Source: a virus. From it: a stretch of 64,000 nt of DNA. Numbering within the stretch: position 1 is the first letter of the stretch; every line of letters begins with the position of its first letter. Where the stretch lies: positions 1 to 64,000 of IMG/VR virus record IMGVR_UViG_3300005288_000003, one strand, 5' to 3'. The position numbers and the translations under genes were made by a program. Shown here in pieces: positions 36,363 to 46,498 of this stretch. The notes below the pieces were generated by a model that was given only the letters and a program-made list of their open reading frames with translations, was not told where the DNA came from and did no database searches.

Positions 36363-37124
36363 TTATGCGGTTGGGATGCCAGAAGTACCAGACCCCGGAG
36401 TGACGCCAATGTGTTTGTGCGTTGCGAACACAATACCGTTGAAGGTCGATGTACCAGTCTGTGTATAGTTGCCAGAGTGAGTGATGTTACCCGCCCATGT
36501 CGTTGTGTCTGCGTTGATGTTCAACTGTGGTGTGTTGATTGTGTATGACTCTGTTGCGTTGATAACACCAGTCTTACAGTTGACAGTAACAGCCTGTTCG
36601 GTGTTGATGATCAGTTGTCCATCTTGTTTCAACTGGATCATCACTTCTGTTCCAGAAGCAAGGTTGTGAGCAATTACCAAGTCTGTCTTTGGGTTGTGTG
36701 GATACTTGCGGATCGATGGTCTGTTTGGACTACGGGAGAACGAGAACAGGCCGGGAATAGCTACAGCATCTTGGTCAGAGAACTTTCGGTAATCGTTTGG
36801 TGTTGTTGGTTGTCCGTTGCCAATCTTGAAGTTATCCATTGAGCGTTGGGAGAAGACACACATTACTGTATCACCAACATTAACTGGAAAGCTTACAAGG
36901 CTTGTGGACGAACCGGGAAGAAGAACAGGTACACCAAGAATCTGTGTGTGTTCATCAGATGTACCGTCTTTGTATAGGGTGTTGATGCTTGGTTGGACAT
37001 CAACCCGTTGGTTTTCAAATGTACCGCTTACATTCGTGACCACGCATGGCAGAGCTGTGTAAATCTCTGCCATGTTAATCTGGAACTGAGTCTGAATGAA
37101 GTCGGTCAATAGAGCTTCCATCAT
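36363..37124 (-). CDS. Baseplate spike (gp138/gpV-like)
   Basis: VDVQP, PV.VGD.V...FSQRS.D, C-terminal THKH iron-binding motif. Confidence 0.85.
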   Translation of the reverse strand: MMEALLTDFIQTQFQINMAEIYTALPCVVTNVSGTFENQRVDVQPSINTLYKDGTSDEHTQILGVPVLLPGSSTSLVSFPVNVGDTVMCVFSQRSMDNFKIGNGQPTTPNDYRKFSDQDAVAIPGLFSFSRSPNRPSIRKYPHNPKTDLVIAHNLASGTEVMIQLKQDGQLIINTEQAVTVNCKTGVINATESYTINTPQLNINADTTTWAGNITHSGNYTQTGTSTFNGIVFATHKHIGVTPGSGTSGIPTA

Positions 37125-37140
37125 AGTAGGAATTCCTTCT

Positions 37141-38061
37141 TCATAGGAGGTCTTGTGCCTCTACTTCGGATGTGAAACATTCAACATACCAATCGTTCCC
37201 ACGGAAGTCTCCAGAGAAACGAGTAGAGTTGATACGGTAGACGCCAGTGATAAAGTCAGATTCGATCTTCACGATTCGTCCGGGGATGCACTCTGTGTTC
37301 AACAGAGCTTTGAATTGCACACCTTTACGGCGCTTCTTATCCTTCTTCATCTTTCTACCTTGTTCAGTTGTATGGAACGGAGCATCGATCAAGCCAGTCT
37401 GTTCGCTGATGACAGGAGCAAGGACAGTATCTTTTGTGTAGAGTCCGTTTTCATCTGAGACGCTGAGTACGCCACCAGAGACAGTGAACTCCATATTCTG
37501 TGCTTCACAGAGCTTCCGCAGCATCTGTGCAGGCGTTCCGTTGAGAGTCCAGCCAAACACGATAGGGTTGTTCAAGTTCGTGCCTGTGTAAGCTCCACGA
37601 GCGACGTTAGGCATCTGCTTACGAATCTCTTCGATCACTTGTTCAACTGTCTCACCGGGAGATACCAGACCCTTCAACTTCTCATGGTTGAGGTCGCTGT
37701 AACCTTCACCCATCCGCACCTGAGTTACAAACTCAGTGCCATGCTTTACTGTCTTCACTTCTACTACATTTCCTTGTGCAACTACCCTTGCACCTTCATC
37801 CTCATACCCGACAGAGAAAGTGCATTCGAGGTAATCGCCTTGCAGAAGCTGGATATGATCACGAGACAGATTGTAGATTTCGATTGTGGCTGAATTACCG
37901 TTGGTGCGTTTTGAGTCGGATGTTTTGGAAATGTCGAAGGTGATTTGAAGTCCTGTGTTAACGGCACCATCCGCATCAGGGATTCCACCAGTGATTCGAA
38001 TACCATTACCAGTTTTATAGTCACCAACAATCAGGTCATACACTCTGTTTCGTTGTGTCAT
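37141..38061 (-). CDS. Baseplate hub protein
   Basis: I.F.I.K..., IEIYNLS, GY.D; synteny. Confidence 0.7.
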   Translation of the reverse strand: MTQRNRVYDLIVGDYKTGNGIRITGGIPDADGAVNTGLQITFDISKTSDSKRTNGNSATIEIYNLSRDHIQLLQGDYLECTFSVGYEDEGARVVAQGNVVEVKTVKHGTEFVTQVRMGEGYSDLNHEKLKGLVSPGETVEQVIEEIRKQMPNVARGAYTGTNLNNPIVFGWTLNGTPAQMLRKLCEAQNMEFTVSGGVLSVSDENGLYTKDTVLAPVISEQTGLIDAPFHTTEQGRKMKKDKKRRKGVQFKALLNTECIPGRIVKIESDFITGVYRINSTRFSGDFRGNDWYVECFTSEVEAQDLL

Positions 38062-38062
38062 T

Positions 38063-38407
38063 TTATACCTCCGTTAGATAGACGTAGTAGAGTTTGAAGA
38101 ACTCCGGTACGACACTGGAGTCCTGTGTGATTTGTACATCGATAGCTGCGTTAACTGGCATCAACAGGAAGTAACCAGTAAGGCCACTCTCTTCGAGGCT
38201 ATAATCGACCAGCATAGGATACTGAGCAACTAGAGCAACACCAAGAACAAGCGGAGTCTGATCCTCTCTTCGGATATCCATGTGCCACTGTCCAGCTCTT
38301 CCATTCCAATAGAATGTGAACTGCCATGAAACACCTTCAAGAGAGATACCGTAGCGGTACTTATCTTCATCGTACAACGGCATTTCAACGTATACGGTAC
38401 TTGTCAT
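38063..38407 (-). CDS. Baseplate protein
   Basis: WN.R...W.MDI; synteny. Confidence 0.65.
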   Translation of the reverse strand: MTSTVYVEMPLYDEDKYRYGISLEGVSWQFTFYWNGRAGQWHMDIRREDQTPLVLGVALVAQYPMLVDYSLEESGLTGYFLLMPVNAAIDVQITQDSSVVPEFFKLYYVYLTEV

Positions 38408-39150
38408 GGTGTTCTCCCGTCGTCAAAAATCTTAGCAGCACTAGATTTCTTGGCGTTTTTAGTTGGACCGTTCGCAGCGTCGTCACCAGACTTAGTTGAA
38501 GTCTTTGTTGTCGCTCCAGTCTTACGTCCCTTGTTTGGTGTTGTCTTGATCTTGATGACTACGTTCTCGACATTCGTGTAGACAGCTTGCTCCATTGTCA
38601 TGTTGGGGAACAAACCTTCACCTGTGTCAGTGTCCTCTGCAAAAGAGAGCGATGTAAACGAGACATTAGCCCAAGAGCGAGATACAAGGTTGGTATTGTA
38701 CTCTACCAAAGTGAACGACTCTTTCTTCTCGAACATGTCGATGAGGTCGAATCGAACAGCATGTGCCGTCTTCACTTTTGTCTGCGGAGTTACTGTGACA
38801 GTTGGGATTGTGTTTGCTGTAAACTGCGATACAATCTCAGGAAGAAAACTTCGCCACTTAGCGCCTTCGTTGGTAATCTTAACTGGAATCGTTGTTTGTG
38901 TGTTGTTTGTAAACTGCTTATCTGTAACACTTACCCAACCTTCATCGGATGGTCTGTTCAAATTGAAGTCAGCATCAGACAATACAGCTTTCAGTGTAAA
39001 CTTCTTGTTATCCGTAATCGTGTGGTCAGAAATAAATGCACCCCTTGCCAATGGATGCTTTGTGATTGTGGCGTTGTACTGTTCCTCGACGTTTGTAATA
39101 GCGTCGAAGTAGAGCACATCGCCGTTGTCACGGCGAATAGCGTAAGTCAT
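38404..39150 (-). CDS. Tail tube initiator / baseplate protein
   Basis: FDA....E....IT.HP...G..ISDH; follows the tape measure gene. Confidence 0.7.
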   Translation of the reverse strand: MTYAIRRDNGDVLYFDAITNVEEQYNATITKHPLARGAFISDHTITDNKKFTLKAVLSDADFNLNRPSDEGWVSVTDKQFTNNTQTTIPVKITNEGAKWRSFLPEIVSQFTANTIPTVTVTPQTKVKTAHAVRFDLIDMFEKKESFTLVEYNTNLVSRSWANVSFTSLSFAEDTDTGEGLFPNMTMEQAVYTNVENVVIKIKTTPNKGRKTGATTKTSTKSGDDAANGPTKNAKKSSAAKIFDDGRTP

Positions 39151-41504
39151 TATTTGGTTTCCTTGGTGTTGATCATCGCGTCACGAAGAACGTTAGCCAT
39201 AGCCTCTTTAACCATTCCGGGCATCAGTGCCATGTTACTGGTCAGCTCTTGTGCGTTAGCACCCCCGATGGTTACAGGCATTGTCACTTCGATTGGAGGA
39301 ATACGCATAGCATCTTGCACAATGAATGCTTGTTTCAGTTCTTCCAGTTTCGCCACCAGCTCTTCCGGGTTGAACGAGTTAGTTGGAACATCTGTCTGCC
39401 CCGGCAATGAAGCTGCTGATTCTGCTGTGTACTTCTCTTGCAGTTGAGCGTCTACCCACTCTGGCCCCATTACAGTAGCTAGCATGTTACGGGCGTTGGC
39501 CTCGACTGTTGTACCAGAAGAGTTTGTTTGCTGAGCGTATTGTCCGGCCTTCACAAATCGAGTAACAGCAGCGTTGAAAGTTTCCATCAAGGCCGTCAAT
39601 TCACGCATTGTGTTGACCAGCATTTCAGGGAAGCTCAATCCCTGCAAGCCGCCAGCAAGTTCTATCGCCATGTCCAGTGCAGCTTTCAGGTTGTCTCCGA
39701 AAGTCTTAGCAGCAGTTGCCATATTGTCCATAGCAGTCTGTGCTTCTGGCGACTGAGAAAGCCAACGGCCAAACAGGGAATCACCTCCCTCTGAATAAGT
39801 GATCAAGTCGTCCAGTGCAAGAGCGATCAATCCGATAGCAGCAGCGACACCACCAAATGGCATCATTACAACTCCGGCTGTTACGCCTAGAGCTGCAAGT
39901 TGCCCACCAGTCATTCCAAACAAGGCAGCGATACGTGGAAGTTGTCCAAGCAAAGTACCACCAACGTTGATAACTGCGTTGATAGGTTCGATCAGCAAGT
40001 TGAATGCTTCCCCTAGTGCTTTCACACCCGGCTCTGCGTCCCGCATACCATCTGCCATTGCTCTAAAGAACTTACCCATACCCTTGTCGAAGCCAGCGTC
40101 GGAGAAGACCGCTACAGTGTCAGAGAAGGCGTTGTTCATACGGGCTTGTTCAGCAGCCGTAGATTTCATAGCCTTTTCAAGAGCACCACCCTGACGGGCA
40201 CGAGCAGCAAGAATAGCAGCAAACTTCTCTAGAACGGCGCCAGACTTAACGTCACCATTCTTCATTGCATCCATCAACTTACCAACAGCCTTATCATCTG
40301 TACCGAATCCAGCAGCCTCGGCCATCGCTGACTCTGCCCCCGGCATACGTTCCGAAAGTTGTCCTTTCAGTTCTTCGGACATTACTTGGCCTTTGTTCAT
40401 CATCTGTTCAATGGCTTTCATCGAACCTTTCATGGACTCTGTATCAAGACCCATTACACGTCCGTATTCAGAAACACCTTGGAATACAGATTGAACACCT
40501 TCCGTTGACATGCCAGATGTTTTACCAGAAGCAAGCATCTTGTTATACGATGGAGCGGTTTGACGGTAGTCCATACCAATCTTATTGGACAGGTCTTTCA
40601 CCCACTTGCTTTGTTCCTGACCAGCTTCCTCGCTGCCCATTACGGCAGTCATGGCGTTCTTCTGGCCTTGCATTTGTTGGTTGATCTGGTTGAGCTGACT
40701 GAATGCGAATGCAGCACCAAGGCCGGGAATCGCTCCACGCATGAAGCCCATACCTGCACCAGCGATACCACCGCCTAGAGCGCCTTCACGTGCGACTCTA
40801 CGGGCAGCTCCAGCCTTACCACCGCCACTGCCCCCACCATTAACTACTTTCGTGCGAACAGTGAACTCGTGGTTGCTGATAGCTGCTCTGATTTGGGCAC
40901 GTAGTGCTTGTTGGTCAACAGCCAGTTTCAGTTTCGGGTCTTTCAAGTCGATTGTCATTGCACCGACCTTGCCCTTCGCTGCCATCAAACTTCTACGGAC
41001 GTTGGCAATGAAACGAGCTTGGCTAATGTCAGCATCGATCTTGAGTTTGTATTTAGATTCAGTACCTTTCTTCCAGCTACGAAGTGTAGCGTCTGCCACC
41101 TTTGTATCGATCTGTAGAGGAATCTTAACTTGCATCTGGCTAAGTAGGGTACGGATGAAACGCTTCTGTCCTACAAGGTCTGCCACATCAACTTTGATGT
41201 TGGACAAACGGATCGGAGTCTTGTCGAGGCGATCACAGATTTTCTTGCTGGCCGCCATCAGAGCTTCTTCGCTTACAGCGAAGTTTCTGAAAGTGATCTT
41301 AGCATTGGTAGCCTTTTCCAGTTGGGCACGTAGCGTTCTTGAGTCGAGGCTGACCTTGATGTTGAATTTCTTATTTGCTGCAACTCCGAATTGTTGGAGC
41401 ATGGTTGTTACACCAGCCAATCTCTTTTCGAATGCAGCAAGAGGACGGGCGTCTACGTTAAACTTCAACGTACCCGTTAGTCTTGCGATTTCTTCTTGGA
41501 TCAT
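39150..41504 (-). CDS. Tape measure protein
   Basis: Ala/Gly-rich helical; QMMNKGQVMSEELKGQLSERMPGA tape-measure domain. Confidence 0.9.
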   Translation of the reverse strand: MIQEEIARLTGTLKFNVDARPLAAFEKRLAGVTTMLQQFGVAANKKFNIKVSLDSRTLRAQLEKATNAKITFRNFAVSEEALMAASKKICDRLDKTPIRLSNIKVDVADLVGQKRFIRTLLSQMQVKIPLQIDTKVADATLRSWKKGTESKYKLKIDADISQARFIANVRRSLMAAKGKVGAMTIDLKDPKLKLAVDQQALRAQIRAAISNHEFTVRTKVVNGGGSGGGKAGAARRVAREGALGGGIAGAGMGFMRGAIPGLGAAFAFSQLNQINQQMQGQKNAMTAVMGSEEAGQEQSKWVKDLSNKIGMDYRQTAPSYNKMLASGKTSGMSTEGVQSVFQGVSEYGRVMGLDTESMKGSMKAIEQMMNKGQVMSEELKGQLSERMPGAESAMAEAAGFGTDDKAVGKLMDAMKNGDVKSGAVLEKFAAILAARARQGGALEKAMKSTAAEQARMNNAFSDTVAVFSDAGFDKGMGKFFRAMADGMRDAEPGVKALGEAFNLLIEPINAVINVGGTLLGQLPRIAALFGMTGGQLAALGVTAGVVMMPFGGVAAAIGLIALALDDLITYSEGGDSLFGRWLSQSPEAQTAMDNMATAAKTFGDNLKAALDMAIELAGGLQGLSFPEMLVNTMRELTALMETFNAAVTRFVKAGQYAQQTNSSGTTVEANARNMLATVMGPEWVDAQLQEKYTAESAASLPGQTDVPTNSFNPEELVAKLEELKQAFIVQDAMRIPPIEVTMPVTIGGANAQELTSNMALMPGMVKEAMANVLRDAMINTKETK

Positions 41505-41519
41505 AACAGCCTCGCTGAA

Positions 41520-41789
41520 TTATCTCTGTGCCGCTTGAGCCTGTTCTGCTTTGATGCGAGCTAGTTCATCAAACTCCATCTTCACTTCAAGGATTTCAAG
41601 CATGTTGTGTAGGTCTTCCACGTTGCAAACTGTGTCAAGCTCCACGTAAGTTGCCATCGGTCTTTCGGCAGTCAGGACAAGATAGATTTCCCAGTCTTGT
41701 CCGAACTTCTCTTGTAGCCGAGCTACACGGGGATGAACAGTCTGTGGCTCCCCGCTATTTACACGGCGGAACCGAGTAGAGTAAAAACC
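41520..41789 (-). CDS. Tail assembly chaperone C-terminal extension (-1 frameshift product)
   Basis: Open -1 frame from G-GTT-TTT (41789-41783) to TAA at 41520; fills the gap before the tape measure gene. Confidence 0.7.
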   Translation of the reverse strand, partial: GFYSTRFRRVNSGEPQTVHPRVARLQEKFGQDWEIYLVLTAERPMATYVELDTVCNVEDLHNMLEILEVKMEFDELARIKAEQAQAAQR

Positions 41790-42115
41790 GAGCCGAAGTT
41801 GAATTCGACTACCTCCTTCACCAACAGGAATAGTTTGTCGTACTCACCAGCAAACTCCATGTCGAAGTTGATGCCAACACTGCCCTTCGAGCATGTGCTA
41901 ACCAGTTCAACGATCAGTTGTTCAACGTTCTGGTCGAGATTATCGAACAGGATATTCAGAGCTGCACCAAGATCACCACCACCTTGCAATGTTGCAAAGG
42001 AAGGGCCGATCAGTTTGGTAAGTTGTTTCAGTACGCGAGTACCACGCATTGCAGGGAAGTGTGTGAGTAGGTATTCTGTGCCAAGGATGGTCACGTGTTT
42101 TTGGCCGATTGCCAT
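41759..42115 (-). CDS. Tail assembly chaperone
   Basis: Position between tube genes and tape measure; ends ...VEFNFGSVF. Confidence 0.75.
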   Translation of the reverse strand: MAIGQKHVTILGTEYLLTHFPAMRGTRVLKQLTKLIGPSFATLQGGGDLGAALNILFDNLDQNVEQLIVELVSTCSKGSVGINFDMEFAGEYDKLFLLVKEVVEFNFGSVFTLLGSAV

Positions 42116-42129
42116 ATTATGTTCTCCTG

Positions 42130-42660
42130 TTATAAATTAAGGAAGTCAGTAGCTGAATCGACAAGCTCAGCGCCTTTGCCAGAGATATAGTCGATAGCAC
42201 CAGATGCAGTGTCGAGTAAGTCGAATCCTTGTCGTGCGTTACCGCCAATACCACCTGCGAGGAAGTCTAGGCATTCGATTTCCCACTTGTATGTCGCCAT
42301 GTCACCACACAATCCGATGTCTGGATAGGCGCCAAGGAAGCATTCCGTGGATTGGTAATACGTTGATCCACTTTTGTCGCTCACAGCGAACTCAAGGCGT
42401 GCAGATTGTGTGCGACGGTCTTGGACAAGGATCGAGGTAAAGATGTCGTTCGTGATGGAGGTTTGCAATGTTTCGACAGTAACAGTTGCATACAGGTCGC
42501 GGTTATACACACGGGTGTGTTTCCCACGGATTCCACGGACCACTCTGAAAGGGCGGGCGCCCTTCCATTGAAGATTTACAGACACAATGCCTGTGAGAAT
42601 GTAACCGCAAAGGATGAGTTTAACATCCGCTGGGCTATATGTCAAGATATCAGAAGCCAT
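42130..42660 (-). CDS. Tail tube-like protein (paralog 3)
   Basis: TYSPADV...LQTS..ND.......D.SG motif shared with the tube protein. Confidence 0.65.
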   Translation of the reverse strand: MASDILTYSPADVKLILCGYILTGIVSVNLQWKGARPFRVVRGIRGKHTRVYNRDLYATVTVETLQTSITNDIFTSILVQDRRTQSARLEFAVSDKSGSTYYQSTECFLGAYPDIGLCGDMATYKWEIECLDFLAGGIGGNARQGFDLLDTASGAIDYISGKGAELVDSATDFLNL

Positions 42661-43164
42661 TTAAAATACCCCGAACTGTTTAAGGATTGGAAGGGTGCTG
42701 CTGGCAACCAACAGGGAATCTTCGATAGCGCTGGTGTCTTCGTTACCGCCGATGGTGAACACCACATCTGAGCAGCCGAATACCCATTTACGTTCTGACA
42801 TTTCAGTTCCAAAGTCTACGTCTGGAATCGATTCTACCCACGCCGAAGCTGCTAGGAAGTTTGTCTGTCCACGTCCATCTTTGATGAACAATGGGAATTT
42901 ACCCATGTGGGTAGTTGAGTCAATGTTGTAAAGCATGGACAGGATGTTGTTGCTGGATGATGATTGCATCAGCGTCAGTTCAACTCTGTATCCTGTGTCG
43001 TCGAAGTACATGCGGGCAATCTCACCGTCCATAGCTCTTACCTTATAGAACGGTTTGCAGTCTTTTATAATTCGAATGAATGTGCCGTCAATGTATCCTG
43101 TAACGGAGTGCATCCCCGCGAGGGTAACTGTTACGTCGGAAGGCGAGTATGTCGATAGTGCCAT
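42661..43164 (-). CDS. Tail tube-like protein (paralog 2)
   Basis: TYSPSDV...LMQSS.SN.ILS...D..G. Confidence 0.65.
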   Translation of the reverse strand: MALSTYSPSDVTVTLAGMHSVTGYIDGTFIRIIKDCKPFYKVRAMDGEIARMYFDDTGYRVELTLMQSSSSNNILSMLYNIDSTTHMGKFPLFIKDGRGQTNFLAASAWVESIPDVDFGTEMSERKWVFGCSDVVFTIGGNEDTSAIEDSLLVASSTLPILKQFGVF

Positions 43165-43179
43165 TTTATTTTCTCCAAT

Positions 43180-43212
43180 AAAAAGGGGCCGCCATCGTTA
43201 GATGGAAGCCCC
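43180..43212 (-). terminator. Rho-independent terminator after the tail tube gene
   Basis: GGGGC..CCATC/GATGG..GCCCC followed by TTTTT. Confidence 0.7.
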
Positions 43213-43219
43213 AGCGATG

Positions 43220-43747
43220 TTAACCAATCCACTTAGCGTCGATTGAACCACCCAGTGTCGTAATAACGTCTTGGTCTTCTGGTGAGAGAACCGCGTTACC
43301 ACCGATGTAGGTGTCAAGGTTGTGAGCGTGCAATACCCAGTCACGTGTCTGCATCGAGTTAGCGAATGCAGAGTTTGGAACTACACCAACATAAGCGTCG
43401 TCGCTAAAGAAGCGGCTACGGCCAGAGGCGTCTGAGATTTGCAGAGAGAACAAACCAGAGCTGTTACGGGTAGCCGCGTCGTTTGCGTAAAGCAAAGACA
43501 GGATATCGTTAGAAGCAGAAGTTTGTTGCAGGCTCAAAGTGACTTTAGCACTTTTGTTTGCGTTGTAAATACGTGTCGATGTGTTGTCAGCACCAGTGTA
43601 CATGGTGAATGTTTCAGCAACACGTTCGATTTGTACAATGCTGTCTTCACTGTACCCGCTCACAATGTGAGCAATACCCGAAGAGCGTTGTGTGATAACG
43701 ACGTTCACATCATTTGGAGCGAACGTTGCTAGACGTTGAGTAGCCAT
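43220..43747 (-). CDS. Tail tube protein
   Basis: TFAPNDV...LQQTS.SND.LS; follows the sheath gene. Confidence 0.8.
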   Translation of the reverse strand: MATQRLATFAPNDVNVVITQRSSGIAHIVSGYSEDSIVQIERVAETFTMYTGADNTSTRIYNANKSAKVTLSLQQTSASNDILSLLYANDAATRNSSGLFSLQISDASGRSRFFSDDAYVGVVPNSAFANSMQTRDWVLHAHNLDTYIGGNAVLSPEDQDVITTLGGSIDAKWIG

Positions 43748-43778
43748 TGATTATCTCCTGTTAGGGATGTAACCGTAA

Positions 43779-45065
43779 TTAAACGGTTACAGTTCCACGG
43801 ATTTTGACGAAGTGGATAGCACCAGCCAGACGTGCTTCGAATGTGATGCCGTCGAAGATACGCTGCGCTCGCAGGTTAGCCGAAACAGACAGTACATCTG
43901 GAACAGTAACGATTGGAGCTGGGCTTTCGGCCAGACCACCTGCACGAATACCATCATTCAACTGGGCACGGATTTCGGCCTCGATGATTGCAGCACCGGC
44001 TGATGTGTAAGGGATTTTCTTGCTGTTTGCCATACGGAACCACAGGCGTTCTTTCATGCGTTGTTCCAGCCAGTCAACGAAGACCATAACGTCGATCCAC
44101 TCACCACCGAACATCTTACCGCCGATAGTTGTGTTCAGACCACCAACAGTTTCGTAGGTGTTCCCGTTTTTGCCTTGGATGTGCTGTGCTTCGGTATCCG
44201 ACAACTTGCTGACCGAGAAGCCGCTCAGTGTCTTATACGCCCATGTGTTCGAGCCCGGTTGTTCTTGCAGTTGGTATCCGACCCACGAGCATTCAGGGAA
44301 CATTGTATCAGCGTCAGCCGACCATAGTCCGAATGTACGTTGGTATGTCAGAGCTTTCAACTTGCTGAATACATCGTCTGTAGCAGTTCCTTTGACATCT
44401 AGATCAGCAGATGAAGTACCGAATACTTTCTTCTGTGCTTCGATAACACCAGCTACGGCCAGTACATCAGCTTCGAGGTGAGATTCGATTGTCAGAGCAT
44501 ACCAAGTGTTGTTAGCACTTTGAACTGCTGAGATGGTGTCTGGCCAGCTTTCAGTAGATGGCTGCGAAGACTTGCTCAGGTTAGGTGAGACTTTCAACGA
44601 CCAATCCACAGTCGAAGTGATTGTCAGAGTACCGTCGAGGTTGTCTACAACACTAACGCCAGTAACTGGAGTAACAGTGTAGGCTGCTTTCAAACCTGTA
44701 GCGATCTGAATAGCTGTGTCAAGTGCTGCTGCTGTGTACGAGATAGTTACGCCACTGATTGTCAGAGTGTAGCTAGTCGAAGCGATAACGCTTACCACGT
44801 TAACAGTTGCACCCGGAATCTGACGACGACCGATTACAATGTTGGCAGGCTTGAGGGTTTGTCCGAACAGTTTGCTAGCCGCGATGTAAGCTGTGTCCGT
44901 CGAGGCGAAGTCATCAGCTACAGCAAGCAAGCTGCTGTATACACGGGCACGTTCAACAAAGTTGGTGTGTGCAGAAATGAATAGAGGGACGTTGAAATTG
45001 GTCTGAGCAACCGCAGCAGTTTCGCGGCTGATCTGGATGTCAATGATGTCCGTAAGTTGAGTCAT
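43779..45065 (-). CDS. Tail sheath protein (DUF3383-like)
   Basis: PGSNTWAYKTL.G, GEWIDV....DWL, KIPYT..G, LAGAIH.V. Confidence 0.9.
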   Translation of the reverse strand: MTQLTDIIDIQISRETAAVAQTNFNVPLFISAHTNFVERARVYSSLLAVADDFASTDTAYIAASKLFGQTLKPANIVIGRRQIPGATVNVVSVIASTSYTLTISGVTISYTAAALDTAIQIATGLKAAYTVTPVTGVSVVDNLDGTLTITSTVDWSLKVSPNLSKSSQPSTESWPDTISAVQSANNTWYALTIESHLEADVLAVAGVIEAQKKVFGTSSADLDVKGTATDDVFSKLKALTYQRTFGLWSADADTMFPECSWVGYQLQEQPGSNTWAYKTLSGFSVSKLSDTEAQHIQGKNGNTYETVGGLNTTIGGKMFGGEWIDVMVFVDWLEQRMKERLWFRMANSKKIPYTSAGAAIIEAEIRAQLNDGIRAGGLAESPAPIVTVPDVLSVSANLRAQRIFDGITFEARLAGAIHFVKIRGTVTV

Positions 45066-45079
45066 GTTGATGCTCCTGA

Positions 45080-45658
45080 TTATGGATTAGGGTTTGTTGT
45101 AACGTCAATGTCATTGATGATGATATGATCCGGTTCTCGCCCAGCATCATGGTAGATGCCTGTAAGTCCAGTGAACTCAATCCAGTCAATGTCATCTACT
45201 GTCATCGAGCAGTATGCGAATGTCACGTCCAGTTGATAGACCATGTACATATCTGTTTCGCGTCTGACGGGCAGCCGTCTTGCTGACATCTTCTTGTGCA
45301 AAGACAAGTTGTTCAGCTTCATCAGCTCAAACCCTTTCGGGGTTCTCATTGCTAACTCAAGTTGCTGTGCCATTTCCGCAGTTGTAGTGTTTGCATCATA
45401 CTTCCCATGGAACTCGAACCTGACTTGCGTCAAACTGTCCTGAATGGTTGTAGTGATGGCATCGCCTGTGAGCGGGTTGATCTTCCCAAGGTGGGATGTG
45501 TATTGCTGTCCAATGACATCAAGCTTTCGCACGTTAATTACGCAATAAGGCGTCGTGGGTTCAGGGCCGTTGGTGTATGCAAAGATCGTTGTCCACGTAG
45601 GGAACAATCCATTCACAAGTTTGTATAGAGCGTCTTCGAGGTCTTGATAGATGTTCAT
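45080..45658 (-). CDS. Tail terminator / neck protein
   Basis: Synteny immediately upstream of the sheath gene. Confidence 0.6.
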   Translation of the reverse strand: MNIYQDLEDALYKLVNGLFPTWTTIFAYTNGPEPTTPYCVINVRKLDVIGQQYTSHLGKINPLTGDAITTTIQDSLTQVRFEFHGKYDANTTTAEMAQQLELAMRTPKGFELMKLNNLSLHKKMSARRLPVRRETDMYMVYQLDVTFAYCSMTVDDIDWIEFTGLTGIYHDAGREPDHIIINDIDVTTNPNP

Positions 45659-46023
45659 GTCAGTTCCACCCGCATGCAAATTGCTTTGTAGTGGTTAAGG
45701 ACACCCATCGCGTAGTTGATGACTTTCATCACCTCGTATTTATCGCCTTGCCAAATGAACTGGTCAGCAGCGTGACCGTTTGGCCCCTCTTTCAGTTCGA
45801 ACAGTTCAGTCCCTTTAGTGTAAATCTTCAAGCAGGCTTTCGATCTGTCCGACTCTGGAAGTAGGATGGTGTCGGATGATTTCAACACCGGCTGTACGTT
45901 GCATACAACCTGAACAAGCGAATCAGTACCGGGGACAGGACGACCGTTGACATACGTCGTAGATGTTCTGCGGGTAATGTCGAGTGTTACTCGCCCGGTA
46001 GAGAGCAATGGTGGGTAAAGCAT
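45655..46023 (-). CDS. Head closure protein
   Basis: VQP......LPE..R, AD...WQG..YEV. Confidence 0.65.
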   Translation of the reverse strand: MLYPPLLSTGRVTLDITRRTSTTYVNGRPVPGTDSLVQVVCNVQPVLKSSDTILLPESDRSKACLKIYTKGTELFELKEGPNGHAADQFIWQGDKYEVMKVINYAMGVLNHYKAICMRVELT

Positions 46024-46033
46024 GGTATCACTC

Positions 46034-46498
46034 CTATCGGTGGATTTGGAACTTGACCGAATTCATCATGAACTCTGTGTCTCGTAGTGGCGTGTTACGT
46101 CCACCTTTCTTCTCGATAGTCTTCGGAGAGTTGCTACCGGGATAGTTGAGGATCGTTGTTTTCATTTGCTCGGCAACACCGTCACCAAGTTGTTGAAGCA
46201 ATCTTTGAATTGCACGACCGTTAGTCAATGCACTCTCGAAGATGGCCTTCATCATGCTAGTCATGTGCTTCTGTGTTGAGGCAGCCATGAAAGTCTCTTC
46301 CATAAATGGTCGAGTTGGGTTATGTACAGTACCGAATTCGTTGTAGTAGGCAACTTGAGCGACAGGCAGGTTATCATTCTCAGGACCGTATCTGTCTTCC
46401 TCAAAGAAACCGATATCGACTTCCGTACCATTTAATTGGGCCAGCCGCTTTTGCAGGGCTGGAAGCTTTCGAGTTTCTACTTTAAAAGTAAAGCCCAT
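46034..46498 (-). CDS. Tail completion / neck protein
   Basis: VA..NEFGT...P.RPF, NSP.TI..KG...PL.DT. Confidence 0.75.
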   Translation of the reverse strand: MGFTFKVETRKLPALQKRLAQLNGTEVDIGFFEEDRYGPENDNLPVAQVAYYNEFGTVHNPTRPFMEETFMAASTQKHMTSMMKAIFESALTNGRAIQRLLQQLGDGVAEQMKTTILNYPGSNSPKTIEKKGGRNTPLRDTEFMMNSVKFQIHR

